Shown here: positions 48,613 to 60,654 of the stretch, piece by piece
Numbering within the stretch: the first letter of the stretch is position 1
Layout: the number at the start of each line of letters is the position of its first letter
NCBI GenBank assembly: GCA_026025795.1
Contig: JAPEUG010000007.1
Location: 1-64,000 of the forward strand
DNA length: 64,000 bases
Direction of reading: 5' to 3'
Source of the DNA: Thelocarpon superellum
Lineage: Eukaryota
Made by a program: the position numbers and the translations under genes
Notes under the pieces: generated by a model
The model's input: the letters and a program-made list of their open reading frames with translations, nothing else
Told to the model about the DNA's origin: nothing
Databases searched by the model: none

Positions 48613-48740
48613 TCTTCCTCTGGGCAGGTGCTTCACGGCATAGCAATGAGCACTGTACGTATCCATTGCTCCAGGAGTGCAAAGTAGGGTCATTTCATCG
48701 TTATCCATGCCTAGAAAAAAACCTCTGACGTGCAGTCCAT

Positions 48741-48840
48741 GCCCTGCCCTGCCCTGCCCTGCCCTGCCCTGCCCTGCCCTGCCCTGCCCTGCCCTGCCCT
48801 GCCCTGCCCTGCCCTGCCCTGCCCTGCCCTGCCCTGCCCT
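48741..48840. repeat. (GCCCT)20 perfect pentanucleotide microsatellite between convergent genes
   Basis: 20 perfect copies read directly, followed by degenerate units (gtcct gcccc gccca). Confidence 0.97.
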
Positions 48841-48914
48841 GTCCTGCCCCGCCCAATCCAACCCATCCATCCATCCAACGCACGCATGCAGTTGAGAACA
48901 AGAAGTAAGAACCC

Positions 48915-50459
48915 TCACGCTTCATCTTCAAGCACGAACCGGCAAAACAGCCCACCGGCCTGCGCACGCTTTGCACGCACCCAACGCGCGACCTCTCGTG
49001 CCTTCAGGTCGCGCTCGCGCCGTAGCTGGGCTCGTTTCCTGAGGCGGTACTGCGCGCGTTCTTCCTCCATGTCCCACCCTCTATCTGCGTCGTTGGGATC
49101 CTGGTGGGTGTCGGGGCTGGGCAGACCGTTCGCTAGTTGTTTTTGCGCCTCGACGGTGCGAATGACGGCGTCCACGACGTCTGGTCGGCCTTGGGTCGCT
49201 ATCACTTCCTCGACTCGTCGCCAGCCGCCGTTCCACTCGATGCCTTCGCCTTCGACGTCCCACTTCAGCGCCGAGATCCACGACCCGCAGCCTTCGAGGT
49301 CAAGCCAGGTCAGACAGTACGTGGCGCGGCTGAGACGCCGGAGGATGCCGGCTGCTTCGACCCAGTCGTCGTCCGAGGCTGAGTAAATGGAAGAAGCGCC
49401 ATAGCTAAAGACCGGGCCTTGTGAAGAACGGAGTGTGGTGGTTTTCGCGTTCGGGGTCAGGCACGGGGTTGGCCAGTACGCGAGTGAGAGGTGCGTTAGG
49501 GTCGAAAGGTGCGCAGCGGTGCGCAGAAGTCGCGCCCAGGACGCTGTTGGTGCGGGGTGAGCAAGGGAGAGGTGCGTTAGGTTGGTGAAGCGGAGACCGG
49601 TCATGAATGGGATGAGTTTTCGTGGTGCTTCCTGCTCCCAGCTTTCCGCCGGCTCGTCGGCTAGAGTCGGCAAGGCTTGGGAAATGCTATCTCGTGTGGT
49701 GTATGTGCTGGAGGACGGATGCAGAAAGTGCTCAAGCTGCTGTAGCGTGATGCTTCTGCCTAGGACACCTGAGAGATCGAGATGGGTCACCTCGTCTGTG
49801 TTCGTGGCACCGGAAAGCTCGTCTTGGCTGAGGAAGAGAAGTTTAAGTCCCTCAAGGCCGATGCCTGTGTCTGGGCCATAGACCGCGACGTATCCGAGGA
49901 GGGTACTTTTCAGGATTGAGGGTAGAGTCGCGAGGTAGTATTGGTTGTAGTGGGTGTGCCATTCCCAGTTCTGTGCCAGGGATTTCAGGGCGGTATGCAA
50001 AAGGCTTCCTTCGTCAGGTCGCTGCAGTCCGGGGAGACCGTCGGTCCGGTGTGGTTTAGTGTGATGCACCTCGGATGTCTTTTCTTTGCTCCGCACATGC
50101 GCCGGCGCATGGATGCTCGCCGTTAACCAACTTGGAGGTGGTGGCGGACCGGCCGCTCGTCGCGGGTACCGCACCACGGACCGCATACCCGGGCGCGGAT
50201 GTGGCGGCAGGGTCTCTGTCACATCCAGGACCGATGTCATCGATGGACGAACCGTCGGCGTGCTCACCAGGTCCGATGTTTCCTGAGCCTGGACGCGTGG
50301 GGACTGCGAACGACGAAGACCCGTCAAGATTTCATTGACTGAGCGCGAAGCTGGGTCCGAGGTAGCTCCTTTGGTCGACGAGGCGGACGAGAGGGATAGC
50401 GAGGGATGGCTTGTACTGGCTGGCTTGCGGAAAAGATTGTGTTGATGTTTCTTGGGCAT
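48915..50459 (-). CDS. Conserved fungal protein with leucine-rich-repeat-like motifs (family often auto-annotated 'tafazzin'), about 514 aa
   Basis: Starts MPKKHQH..KPASTSHPSL; contains AGPPPPPSW and the LRR-like motifs VTHLDLSG, LTHLSLAH, LTHLSLAYWP and LTWLDLEGC. The ORF-track start at 50762 is probably too long. Confidence 0.75.
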   Translation of the reverse strand: MPKKHQHNLFRKPASTSHPSLSLSSASSTKGATSDPASRSVNEILTGLRRSQSPRVQAQETSDLVSTPTVRPSMTSVLDVTETLPPHPRPGMRSVVRYPRRAAGPPPPPSWLTASIHAPAHVRSKEKTSEVHHTKPHRTDGLPGLQRPDEGSLLHTALKSLAQNWEWHTHYNQYYLATLPSILKSTLLGYVAVYGPDTGIGLEGLKLLFLSQDELSGATNTDEVTHLDLSGVLGRSITLQQLEHFLHPSSSTYTTRDSISQALPTLADEPAESWEQEAPRKLIPFMTGLRFTNLTHLSLAHPAPTASWARLLRTAAHLSTLTHLSLAYWPTPCLTPNAKTTTLRSSQGPVFSYGASSIYSASDDDWVEAAGILRRLSRATYCLTWLDLEGCGSWISALKWDVEGEGIEWNGGWRRVEEVIATQGRPDVVDAVIRTVEAQKQLANGLPSPDTHQDPNDADRGWDMEEERAQYRLRKRAQLRRERDLKAREVARWVRAKRAQAGGLFCRFVLEDEA

Positions 50460-51494
50460 CGAGCAGATTTGTTCTCGGTGACGAGGCCTGGAGTAATAGG
50501 TAAGACCGAGTACGGCGAGGGACGGTGTCGAGTTGAGGGTTGTAGATGATGCAGTGAATCGAAGTGCGTATAGAATGGCAATGCCACATGAGTCAGAATG
50601 CTCTGTCGAGTCAAAAGACCCCTGCGGTACCTCCAGGCTCCACCTATGACACGGTACTGTTATTGTACGACGTGAATAGAGGGGCAGAGGTGTGGACAAT
50701 GCATTTGTCCCCGCTACTAGTGGATGGTGATCACTCAATTGCTTCCACGGTCTTTTGGCCAAGCTACTTTCGCGTTGAGATCTCAGTTGCTAATGCTGAA
50801 ACTATTCGGACAGTTGTGCGAGGTCGTTGCCAATATCGGACGGGCGTGCGCCTCCAGGTCACGAGTCTGCAGATCCAGCGCCATTGGATAGACGAGGAAG
50901 AGTATCAATTGGGCGGGATGAATAATGTGAAGAATGCCTCTGGGTCCTGCATGACACAGCTAGCGGTGCAGGCCCCTTGCCCGGGTTTGTCAGTCGTACT
51001 TGGTCTCATCCAGGACTCCATACGCAACAGAACCCGGCGGTGGGGGACCGAACTGAACGAGAACATGCCTGGCGATCCCGACGCTGCTGCATTCAACTTC
51101 ACGCGTTCTCGTCGTGTTACATCATCATTTTCCTAAGATCCGTCTCCTCTCCACCTAAGCACCCGCCTCCATTCACTTGCCCCTCAGCCTCTGCGCGCGA
51201 CATCTACGGCCGTCAATTCTTTCTCGAAAGTGCATCGACTCGCGAAGTCAGTCTTGTTCGCCCGGTCGCTTGGATTGACATGTCGGAGTCGCCTCGGCCA
51301 TGACGTGCTTTTGCCTCGACTACCGTTAAATCGTTCAAGTAAGTTGGCGTCGTTGCAGCTTCACTCACGCGTTTTGGCCTCCTCCATGCTGTCCGTGCAT
51401 TGCGTGGTTTGGAACGGACCGTTAATGGATAACCCGCCCTTCAGCCACATCCGTCAATCCTCCCCAACATCAGCACTTCGCTACGGCCGCCGTC

Positions 51495-53486
51495 ATGATG
51501 GGTCACCAGAAAGCAATCAAGTTTGATCCGCCACCCCTTCTCAAAGCGGGCAGGCGACTCTCCCTCGACGCCTCCCTGTCGCCCAAGTCTTCCACCGACT
51601 CTTTGATCTTGTCCGACATCTCCACCGACTCGGAAGCTCTCTCTACGCCACGCACCGCCTCCACCGACGGCTTGCATCCCCTCCATTCCATTGACTCGAC
51701 CCCGACCGACCTCGGCTCATCGCGCAAACGCCGTGCCTCGACCGCCCTCATCACACACAATGACGAGAGCATCAAGCAACTGCTGGGCGACGGGGACTCG
51801 GGGACGGCTTTATTGCAGAAGGTCTGTTGTGGAGGTGGATGCTGTCTCATGAACGCGCCGTGGACCGACGTGCTTCCCTCTTCGACCAACCCTGTTATCC
51901 CACCGGACAATGACGCGTATCGAAGTCTCCACATCAACCTGGGTCCGTTGACGCGTCAGAGCAACCTGACCGGCACCATCGAGGTCCCTCCGGACAGCGT
52001 CTCATTCGCTACCGTTTCATCGAACGATGCGCCCCAGACCTCCACCGTGGAACAACACCCGCCGCCTTTCGTTCAGCCCCACCCGCCGTATGATGTTTAT
52101 GCGGCGCGGCTCCACCACGCCCGCGAGCTGACCAAGCCTGGGGCGGAGAAACGGACATATCACTTTGACCTTGATGTGACCGACTATCCGAAAGAGGGTG
52201 GTGACGTGGACTTTGTCGTCGGTGGCGCCATTGGAGTCTGCGCACCCAATTCGGCGGAAGCGGTGGATGAAGTGTTTGATTTGCTCGGCGTCCCCCGCTT
52301 TCTCCGTGATAAGCCCGTGCTTCTCAAGACCGTGGGAGGTCGATGGCCGACCATCTGGGGGGAGGAGCAGTCGAGGGAGCTGCCCACTACGCGGCGGGAG
52401 CTGCTGACGTGGTGTACGGACCTGCAAAGCTACCCTCCCACCAAACATCTGCTAAGCCTCTTTGCCGCATACGCAACGGCCGAGGATGAAAAGAAGATCT
52501 TGACGTACTTGGTGTCAGCCCAGGGCCAAGGGGCGTTTTGCGAGTAAGTCCTGGATGTGCACGCTCTGGCGCTCTGCTATCTCTCACTGACCATTCCAGT
52601 CTCCGGACCGGAAATCACATTACGATCGCTCAACTCCTACTCGCATTTCCCTCTGCACGGCCTCCCCTACCGCATCTGCTGTCAAATCTGCAACAACTGA
52701 TGCCACGCTTCTACTCCCTATCCAACGACCCGCATACCTCGTGTCAGCGCGACGGCGAAAATTGCCGGCGGCTGATCGAGATTGCCGTGACGGTTCACGA
52801 AGGGACCGACTGGCGCGGTGGAATACGACGAGGCGTGGGCTCTGGATTCCTGGAACGATGCGCAAAGCAAGTGATGGAGGCCGAAGCGGCAGGAAGGCCC
52901 GTTGGCGATCCGGACATCTGCATCCCCATGTTCCGCGGCCTGATGGCCAATCCGCTGGCCAAGGAATTTGTGTCGGACGGCCCGCTTCTGCTCATCGGCG
53001 CCGGCGTCGGCATCGCCCCGTTCCGTGGCTTTGTGCAGCGGCGGCTACGCAACGCCAGCTGCGCCAACAAGGTGTGGGTGCTACAAGGCGTGCGAGACGC
53101 GCTCCTCGATGAGCTCTACAGCGGCGAATGGGGCACGAATGAAGCAGATGTGAAGAAGGTCGTGCAGAGCCGTCGGGCCGGCGGGCGCTACGTGCAGGAG
53201 GAAGTGCGGCACCAGGCCGACCTCGTCTGGTCCATCATCAACGCCGTGGACGGCCGGGTATTTGTGTGCGGCAGTAGCAAAGGCATGGGCGAGGGCGTGG
53301 AAGAGGCTCTGGTCGATGTGGCTGTAAGGAAGGGAGAACTGAACCACGACGAGGCTGTGGAGTACTGGAAAGGAAAGAAGGAGGCGGGGCAGTACATCAG
53401 CGTGAGTTCTCCTGTCTCCCTATCACCTGATCCTCGAGTGGCGCGGAACAACATGCTGAAGCTACATGGTACAGGAAACGTGGTAA
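51495..53486 (+). CDS. FAD/NADPH-binding oxidoreductase of the CPR/methionine-synthase-reductase type, lacking the flavodoxin domain, about 620 aa
   Basis: Motifs RFYSLSN, GVGSGFL, LLIGAGVGIAPFRGF, YVQE and VFVCGSSKGMG. Introns 52544-52599 and 53402-53474 produce the canonical C-terminal ETW*. N-terminal region contains CCGGGCC. Confidence 0.88.
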
Positions 53487-53856
53487 TTGGCGGACGTGTA
53501 CACCAATTCATCGTCATCATACATCCATCCGTCCGTGCATTATTTAAGCATCAGAAGTGTACATTCAGGCGTTTGATTCGTGAGCCTTTCGTCGGCAAGA
53601 AGCGCACTCGACAAGGACAGCGAGTCATGGGATGAGGCTGGCGATAGGAGGGATGGCGGGGAGTGTTTTGCAGTTGTATTTGTGTTGTATATAAGTACAC
53701 GTGTGAATACGCTTCGGAGACCGATCTATCGTGATCTATGGTGGTATATAGCAATCGGAAGAAGATGAGGGGACCATTCCACCCTGTGGCGATATGATGG
53801 ATAGAGATAACGGACCATGCATCGCTAGTCTAGGCAAGAACACAGACAAGGGTCTG

Positions 53857-54657
53857 TCACGGACCGATGGGATTCCGGACTGCGCCGACTCCAGCTCCTG
53901 CAGCTCCATACGGAACGCGGCAGAACGGTCTCCGATGATGGACACGGGATCGATGCAGACAGCGGCGGCCACCGTCCAGCCCTGGCTGCGCCCCACCGGG
54001 CCCAGGCTGCCCTCCAGCAGGGTTCATGCACCGGCGCTGTCTGACGAGACAAGTATTCGCTTGCCGTGCAGCGGAAGACTGTGCATTGGTGGTGGTGGTG
54101 GGTGGCGGTCTGGGGCGAAGATGGAGGTTCTCATCGACGAGCGGGAAGCCGTAGGCGTCCATGCCCGGCTCGACCTGCATGGTGGCGCTGGTCGAGCCTG
54201 CGGGGACGCGGTCCTTGCCGCACGTGCAGTGGGCGTGGCAGAGGTCCTGGATATAGTGCAGCTTGGCAAGATCGCCTGCTTTCCAGCGGCCGGCCCTCAT
54301 CATGCCCTCGGGGTTCTCGCACACGGGTGTGGACGGGGAGAACCAGGCCGCCACCGGATTGGACCAGGAGGCGCAGCGACATCCCTCGGTCTGGCAGATC
54401 GACGTCAGGTCCATCGCGTTCGTGTCGTCTTGCGCCCACGACGGGTGTTGTAACGTGTAGATGAGTGACTTTCTATGGTCGCACTTCAACGGGTAGCGCT
54501 GCGTGCGGTCGTTCGTTCGTCAGTTGTCGGTCTATCATTGATGAGAAGAGGAAGAAAAATGTCCTTGCGTGACGGGGGGGGGCAACTGTACATCACACCA
54601 GCCAATGCTGACGTAGCTGGCGAGCAGAGCCACCGCGAGCAGAACCGGTCGGCCCAT
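53857..54657 (-). CDS. Secreted Cys-rich protein, about 235 aa (3' end uncertain)
   Basis: Signal exon MGRPVLLAVALLASYVSIGWCD, then phase-0 intron about 54499-54591 (weak GTACAG donor; ACTGAC branch; CAG) leading into ORF 53857-54489 (RYPLKCD...ICQTEGCRC...LCHAHCTC). Confidence 0.65.
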
Positions 54658-55510
54658 GGTTGCAACATGCAAAGGAGCGTGAGGAGTGCCTGGGAAGCCT
54701 CGACGGGATGGAAGGGAAGAAAACAAGGCCAAGGAGAGAAGAGGGACATTATGTGAGGCTTTTATGTCTGATAGCTAGATCTTGTGCGAGACGATCCCGT
54801 ACGGTGGGAGAAGGCTTGTTCGGAGACGACGGCACGGCTGCATCCAGAAGAGGCTCTTTTCACATGCACCGCACGCGATCAACTAAGAGGGGAGAGAGAA
54901 GCATTGCTTGTGTTTTGCAGATTGGTTGTGCGGGCGTGTGGGTACATTAGCTGGAGCTGGACGCTGGAATCATGAAAGTGCAGGGCCGCGGCGACGGCCC
55001 ATGGGCGGGGCGACGCGTAGTGGCGCGCAGCTATCGAAAAGGATTCCCACCTATCGACGGGGAAGCGCAGAGGGACTCGCTAGTCGATCTCGCGCTAACA
55101 CAGTGACTATCAAGCAACTCGCCGCTCTCCGGTCGCCCTCAAGAAACCGACGGTTAGGTAAGCAAAGCAGACAGCCACAGATTCAAAGAGCTACGTCTGC
55201 TGACTGCGGAACGAATCCCGCGAATTTGAAGTGGCTTTTCGGCTGAAGGTCGATTCGGGAGTTGACGCCGGTGGGAGCATTGCCCAAATTATATCCCAGC
55301 TTTGCTTCTGGCATAGCCCAGGTCACACGTTCGATTCAAATCAATTGATACTTCTACTGAGGGATTGGATTGACTCTGGATTTCCACATGTACTGTATCG
55401 AGTAGAGAGCTCTAAATTCCTCTCTTTCCTGTCCCACCCTTTTCCTTGCTAACGCTTGCATGTATGTACAGAATGAAACAGGAGTAGTGATTGAGTGGAG
55501 TTCGGTCTCT

Positions 55511-58010
55511 TCATCGTCGCTTGTTCCCCGAGACATCATCCTCGCGCTCACTCTCCGCCTCCGCCTCCGTCTCGCTCGTCATCCAATCCACCTCACTCTG
55601 CGTAGGCGGACCCGGTCCCGGCCTGACCGCGACCGTAATATCATCCGCTTGAGGCTTTGTCTCACCACTCTTTCCATCATCCACGATGTCAGAATCGTTT
55701 CCCCCACTCATCTGCCATTCCATAAGTTTCGTAAATGCGCCGTCCGGGCGAGACGAGAGGTCTTTGTAGGTTCCCTGCTCCGCAACCTTGCCGTCGGGCG
55801 AGAGCACGATCAGGAGATCGGACCGCTTGATCGTTGACAGACGGTGTGCGATCGAGATGGTCGTATGTTTGTCCCGGAGCAGTGCCGTCAAGGCCGAGTT
55901 CACCAGCGTTTCCGACTCCGCATCCAAGGCGGACGTTGCTGGGAACGGTCAGTCGGGGGTTCGTGCGGGAGGAGCAAAAAGGCCGGGACATACCTTCGTC
56001 GAGAATCAAGATGTCGGGGTTCTTGACCAACGCCCGGGCAATGGCGATGCGTTGCTTCTGTCCGCCCGAGAGCTGCGCGCCCCGCGAGCCCACGCCCGTC
56101 TCGAGACCATCGGGCTACATCAAGTCAGCAAGGACGATGGATGGTGACGGAGGACGTACAAAGTCGCTGATGAATTGGCAGTTGGCCTTCCTCGCCGCGG
56201 CCACAATCTCCGATCTTGTGGCATTGGGCTTGCCGTATGATATATTCTCCGCGATCGTTCCCGAGAAGAGCACGGGCTCTTGCGCCACGATGCCAATTCT
56301 CCGTCGGAGCGATTTCAGATTCATCGTCGAAATGTCCTCGCCATTGATCTTGATGCTGCCGGCCGTGGGGGTGTAGAATCGTAACAGCAGAGACGCGATC
56401 GTCGACTTCCCTCCTCCGCTGGGTCCCACGATAGCCACATTCGTGCCTTGTGGGACCTCGAAGTTCAGATCTTGGAAGATGGTCACCGCTGGCCGCGTGG
56501 GATAGCTGAAGGTGACGTTCTCAAACTTGATGGGTCCTTGCGCCGAAATCACCTTCTTACCCACCGTGGCCGGGATCGTAGGTTCCCGGTCTTGCAGCTC
56601 AAAGAGTCGACTGGCGGCCCCGACGCCCTTCATCAACTCCGAGTAGAAGCCGGACAGTCCAAAGAGACTTGACCCGGCGTACGCAGTGTACATCAGAAAA
56701 GAGGTCAAGTCGCCGATGGTAATGGCTCCCGTCTTGACCATGGACCCTCCCACGTAGAGCAGAGCCAAGATGGTCATGTTGCCCATGAAGCCTGTCGCGC
56801 TGAAGAACGTCGCACTGATAATGGCCTCGCGTTTGCCGAGCTCAAATATCTTGCGGACCTGCGTGTTGTACCGTCCCACCTCCAGACTCTCGCCAGCAAA
56901 GGCTTGGCTCGTGCGGACATTCCCCAAACGCTCCTCGGCGATCTTGGTCAAGGTGCCCAAGCTTCGCTGGATCTTCCGGCTGAGATTTCGAATGGCGCTG
57001 CCATAGAAGTAGGCGCCGAGGGCGACCGGAGGAAACATCAAGGTCAGCACGGCCGTCAGCTTCAGGCTCACGTAGCCCATCAGGGCGAAGCCGGCGCCGC
57101 CGCTGACCAGTGACCGCAAGCCATCCGACAGATTCTGGGTGATGCTCTTGCCCACGATGATTGTATCCGAGCTGAGGCGCGAGATCAAATCGCCCACGCG
57201 ATTGGCGTCAAAGAATTCCGCATTCTGCACGTACGTCCGCCGAAAGAGCTGTGATCGTAGGCGTGCCACGATACGCTCACCCACGATGCGAAGGATGATG
57301 ATCCGGCCGTAATTAGCCGCCGCGCCGACGGTCAGAACGCCGCCCAGTGCAATGTAGAAGTGAGACAGTTCCAGGCCAAACAGGGTGTCGGATTGGCTCG
57401 CATTGGTCGCGATGTCGAGAATCTTTCCGATGGAGAAGGGAATGGACATGGAGATGCTCGAGGACATGAGGAGAAAGGTGAAGGCAAGGCCCAACGAACG
57501 AGCTTCAGGTCGGGCGATCTTGAGGAGCCTCCAGACCTCGGCAAAGCCGGTGGAACTTCCCTGCGTTTTGCCCTCCCTGCTGAGTCGTGCGCTAAGATTC
57601 ACCTGGGCTGCCTGCGAGGCCTTCTCACTCTTTTCGAATTCGTGTTCTTCCACCTCCACCTCCTCGTCATCGTCGTCATCTCTTTGCCGCGCCGGCTTCT
57701 TTTCCGGATCCTCGACTGCCTTGGACCTGTCCCGGAGAGGCGTCCGGGTCGACAACAGCCGGGTCGAGAAAGAGAGATGATGCAGCGCAGAAGGAAGAGG
57801 GCGCTGGACGTTACAAGAGTCGAGTGTGCGCGGAAGGATTCGGGTCGATATATAAGATGATGACGTGGATGACGTGGATGACTTGGTTGACGCGACCCTG
57901 CTGGGGGAATGGAGGGCGCGTGGTGCGAGAGGAGGCCACGGTGACACTCCAACGGCTCGACGGCTGAAATGTAGCCGGAGACGCCGGATGAGGACCTCGG
58001 GGTGGCGCAT
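55511..58010 (-). CDS. MDL1: Mitochondrial ABCB half-transporter Mdl1/Mdl2 (ABCB10-like), about 799 aa
   Basis: Presequence-like N-terminus, transmembrane domain ([15 protein letters not shown]), Walker A GPSGGGKS, signature [22 protein letters not shown] and AHRLST. Introns 56115-56159 and 55939-55993. Confidence 0.92.
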
Positions 58011-58223
58011 GTCTTGGTCGATGTGCGGAGTAATTGGCCATGGGCCGGCGGTCGGACTATCTAGTAATCCACGACGGTAGGAACGCCGGGGCCATGACGC
58101 GGGGAAGGAGAGTGGATGATCAAGTCTGGTCACAACAGCACTACCCGGTCCATGTCCGGCAGGAACATCCCATCATCGGATGCTGGGGAGGGTAAGGAAG
58201 GCCGAGGACGAAAGCCGGAGCGG

Positions 58224-58257
<34 letters not shown>

Positions 58258-58283
58258 ACTATTGCTGTGGCTATTGCTATTGC
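58224..58283. repeat. (TGTTGC)n hexanucleotide repeat, about 10 units (5 perfect), in the MDL1/CDC37 divergent intergenic region
   Basis: Read directly from the sequence. Confidence 0.85.
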
Positions 58284-58597
58284 TGATGGTGCAAATAGAA
58301 ATATTGGAAGGTTCCAGGTGCATCATCTCTCGCTTGTCGGGTGCTCCGACGCTTAAAGTCGGTTCGGTCCACCTTGACGGATGTCCAGCGACACGGCGTC
58401 CCCCGAAAGCATTCACTGCTCCATCTACCGCCCCACTCACATGGACAACGATGGGTCTCCACCGACAGAAGCCTCGTCTCTGAAGGATCAATGCGTCCGT
58501 TATTCGCCCAGATCTAGAGGCAGCCTCAACCTCGCTGGAAGTCGAAAGGAGCCCTCCGTACGAAAGCCTACCACTTGACCCCTCACTTGCACCCAAA

Positions 58598-60301
58598 ATG
58601 GTCTTGGACTATTCGAAATGGGTATGCTTTCACCTATTTCCTACTCCTACTGCATCTGACCAAGTTGGCTGATGCTGTCTCCCCGGTAGGATGCACTCGA
58701 GCTCAGCGACGACTCGGACATCGAGGTCCACCCCAATGTTGATAAGCGCTCCTTCATCCGGGCCAAACAGAACCAGATTCACCAGGAACGTTTTCGACGC
58801 CGACATCAGATCGACACGCTGAAGTATGAGCGGGTCATCAATGACGGCCTGCTCACGCGCATCGACCGGCTCATCGGTGCGCTCCAGCAACACAGTACCA
58901 GTACTCGGAACGCGGACGAAGTGGTGTTCCAGTTGCTCGTCGAATCGGTCGGCGACCCTGCCGAGGATCACCCCCCGCCCCGGCCAGAGGGCGTGCACTC
59001 TCAAGTCGACGAGCAACCGACGTATTCCAAGATGATGGCGACCTTGGTGGACCAGGTGAAGAAGGAGGTGGACGAAACGAAATCCGGCAGCCGCTACGAG
59101 GAATACCTCAAGTCGTTACAAGGTCATCAGACCAAGGTCCGCGACCTGCAGAGCGAGCTTCTGACCAGGCTCGCGGAGCTGGAGAAAGAAGAAGGCCGCA
59201 AAATTACGAGCGAAAACATCCACACCGGCTTCGATCGGTCATCGGTCAGCAAAGGGGAGAAGAAGTCCAGCACGGAATCAAGCAAGACGGGAAAGACGAC
59301 AGCCGTCGAAGTGTTGAATCCAGGCGCGTTGAAAAAGGATCCGCTGGCACGGATGAATAGCGTCGAGTCTGGTGCAGAAGCCGATGAGGAATCTGGCGCC
59401 GGTGGCGGCGACGACGATGATGACATTGAGCCCACCAAGCTGGGCAAGGACTTTGCCAAGATCAAGATGGGCGACTATCGGGCTTGTCTGCAGTTTATTC
59501 AGGAGCACCCATCCGTCGTGGCCGAGCGAGAGACGGACGGATTGCTTGTCGAGGCCTTTAACAGTCAAATCGCCGGAAAGGACACGTACGCGCGGCAATG
59601 TGTGCACCAGGCTCTGCTGCTCCAATACTGCCGGTCGCTCGGCCGCGACGGGGTGGGCCTTTTCTTCAAACGGTCCGTGCCCAGCATCGCGATGAACACT
59701 TCACATCTGACCCTCTCACAGAATAACCACTCGAGACCATCAAGCGCAAAAGGTGTTCCTCGACGACGTGCAATCCACCTACGCCCGAATCCGCACCCGC
59801 GCAGGCGAGATCGCCGCCGAGAGGGCTGCCGACGCCGCGTCGGGCGCGGGGGTGGAGCAGATCCAGCTCCATGCCGTCGAGCCAGGCACGACGATCAACA
59901 TCGTAATCCCGCAACCGGGAAGCGACGAGCCCGTCGAGCAAGAGGCACGCAAGACGTTCGAAACCTTCCCGCCGGGACTGCAGCGCGCGCTCGAGAGCGG
60001 CAGTCTCGACGAAGTCAACAAGGTGCTGGGGAAGATGAGCGTGGAGGAGGCCGAGGAGGTAGTCGGCCAGCTAGGCGAGGTGAGAGCTTCTGCGAGGACT
60101 TCTTCCCTCCTTCATTGGTCTCGCGATGCTAACGAGGGCGCGTGAATACAGAGCGGCATGTTGAGCATGGAAGAGCAGATCATCGACGCAACGACGGCCG
60201 AGGGTCAAGAGAAGATGAAACAGCTGGAAGCGCTAGAGAGGGAGCGCGAGCAGCAGGACACGGCGATGAAGTCCATGGCGCTCGCGGACGACCCAGAATG
60301 A
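58598..60301 (+). CDS. CDC37: Hsp90 co-chaperone Cdc37, about 504 aa
   Basis: MVLDYSKW|DALELSDDSDIEVHPNVDKRSFIR and VHQALLLQYC. Introns 58622-58689, 59673-59721 and 60080-60151. Confidence 0.96.
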
Positions 60302-60654
60302 GGAACGATGATCGTGCAAAGAGGATTGAGGGATGGCGAAGGAGAAAAGAGAAAAGAGGATCGATGGCCCCTCTCCAGTTCTTTCATGAGTTGCTGCAAC
60401 ACATCACGTTCCCATACCTTGTCGAGCAACGGAGCCATACACAGATGACGATGACGACGAAGACAAACGAGTGACGCTCCATGTCACCTGTAAGCGTGCT
60501 GCTGCGCAGTGGGAGAGGAACGGTTGGGATGGAAGTAAGTACAAAGTGCGGCGTGCGTCGACTTGGACGACATATCGAGACCCTCCATGCCGTCATCCCC
60601 ACATCCCTCAGCCCAATTCGACCCAGTCCCGATGCCCGACCGCTCATCGACACG

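Noticed and set aside
48586..49386. ORFs with PCPAL or GQGRA repeats
   Set aside because: They are translations of the (GCCCT)20 microsatellite, not genes.
48915..50459. 'Tafazzin' acyltransferase function for this gene
   Set aside because: I recognise no acyltransferase domain; the visible motifs are LRR-like.
50564..51136. 190-aa plus-strand ORF in the divergent region between the LRR-like gene and the reductase
   Set aside because: It has a GTG start, no motifs and no convincing codon bias, so it is unsupported without homology or expression data.
40831..58010. BolA, the Cys-motif reductase and MDL1 as an Fe-S or mitochondrial gene cluster
   Set aside because: They are interspersed with unrelated housekeeping genes and no shared motif is visible; co-location is probably incidental.
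58223..58483. ORF starting with poly-Leu that resembles a signal peptide
   Set aside because: It is the (TGTTGC)n repeat read from a GTG start; the rest is not protein-like.
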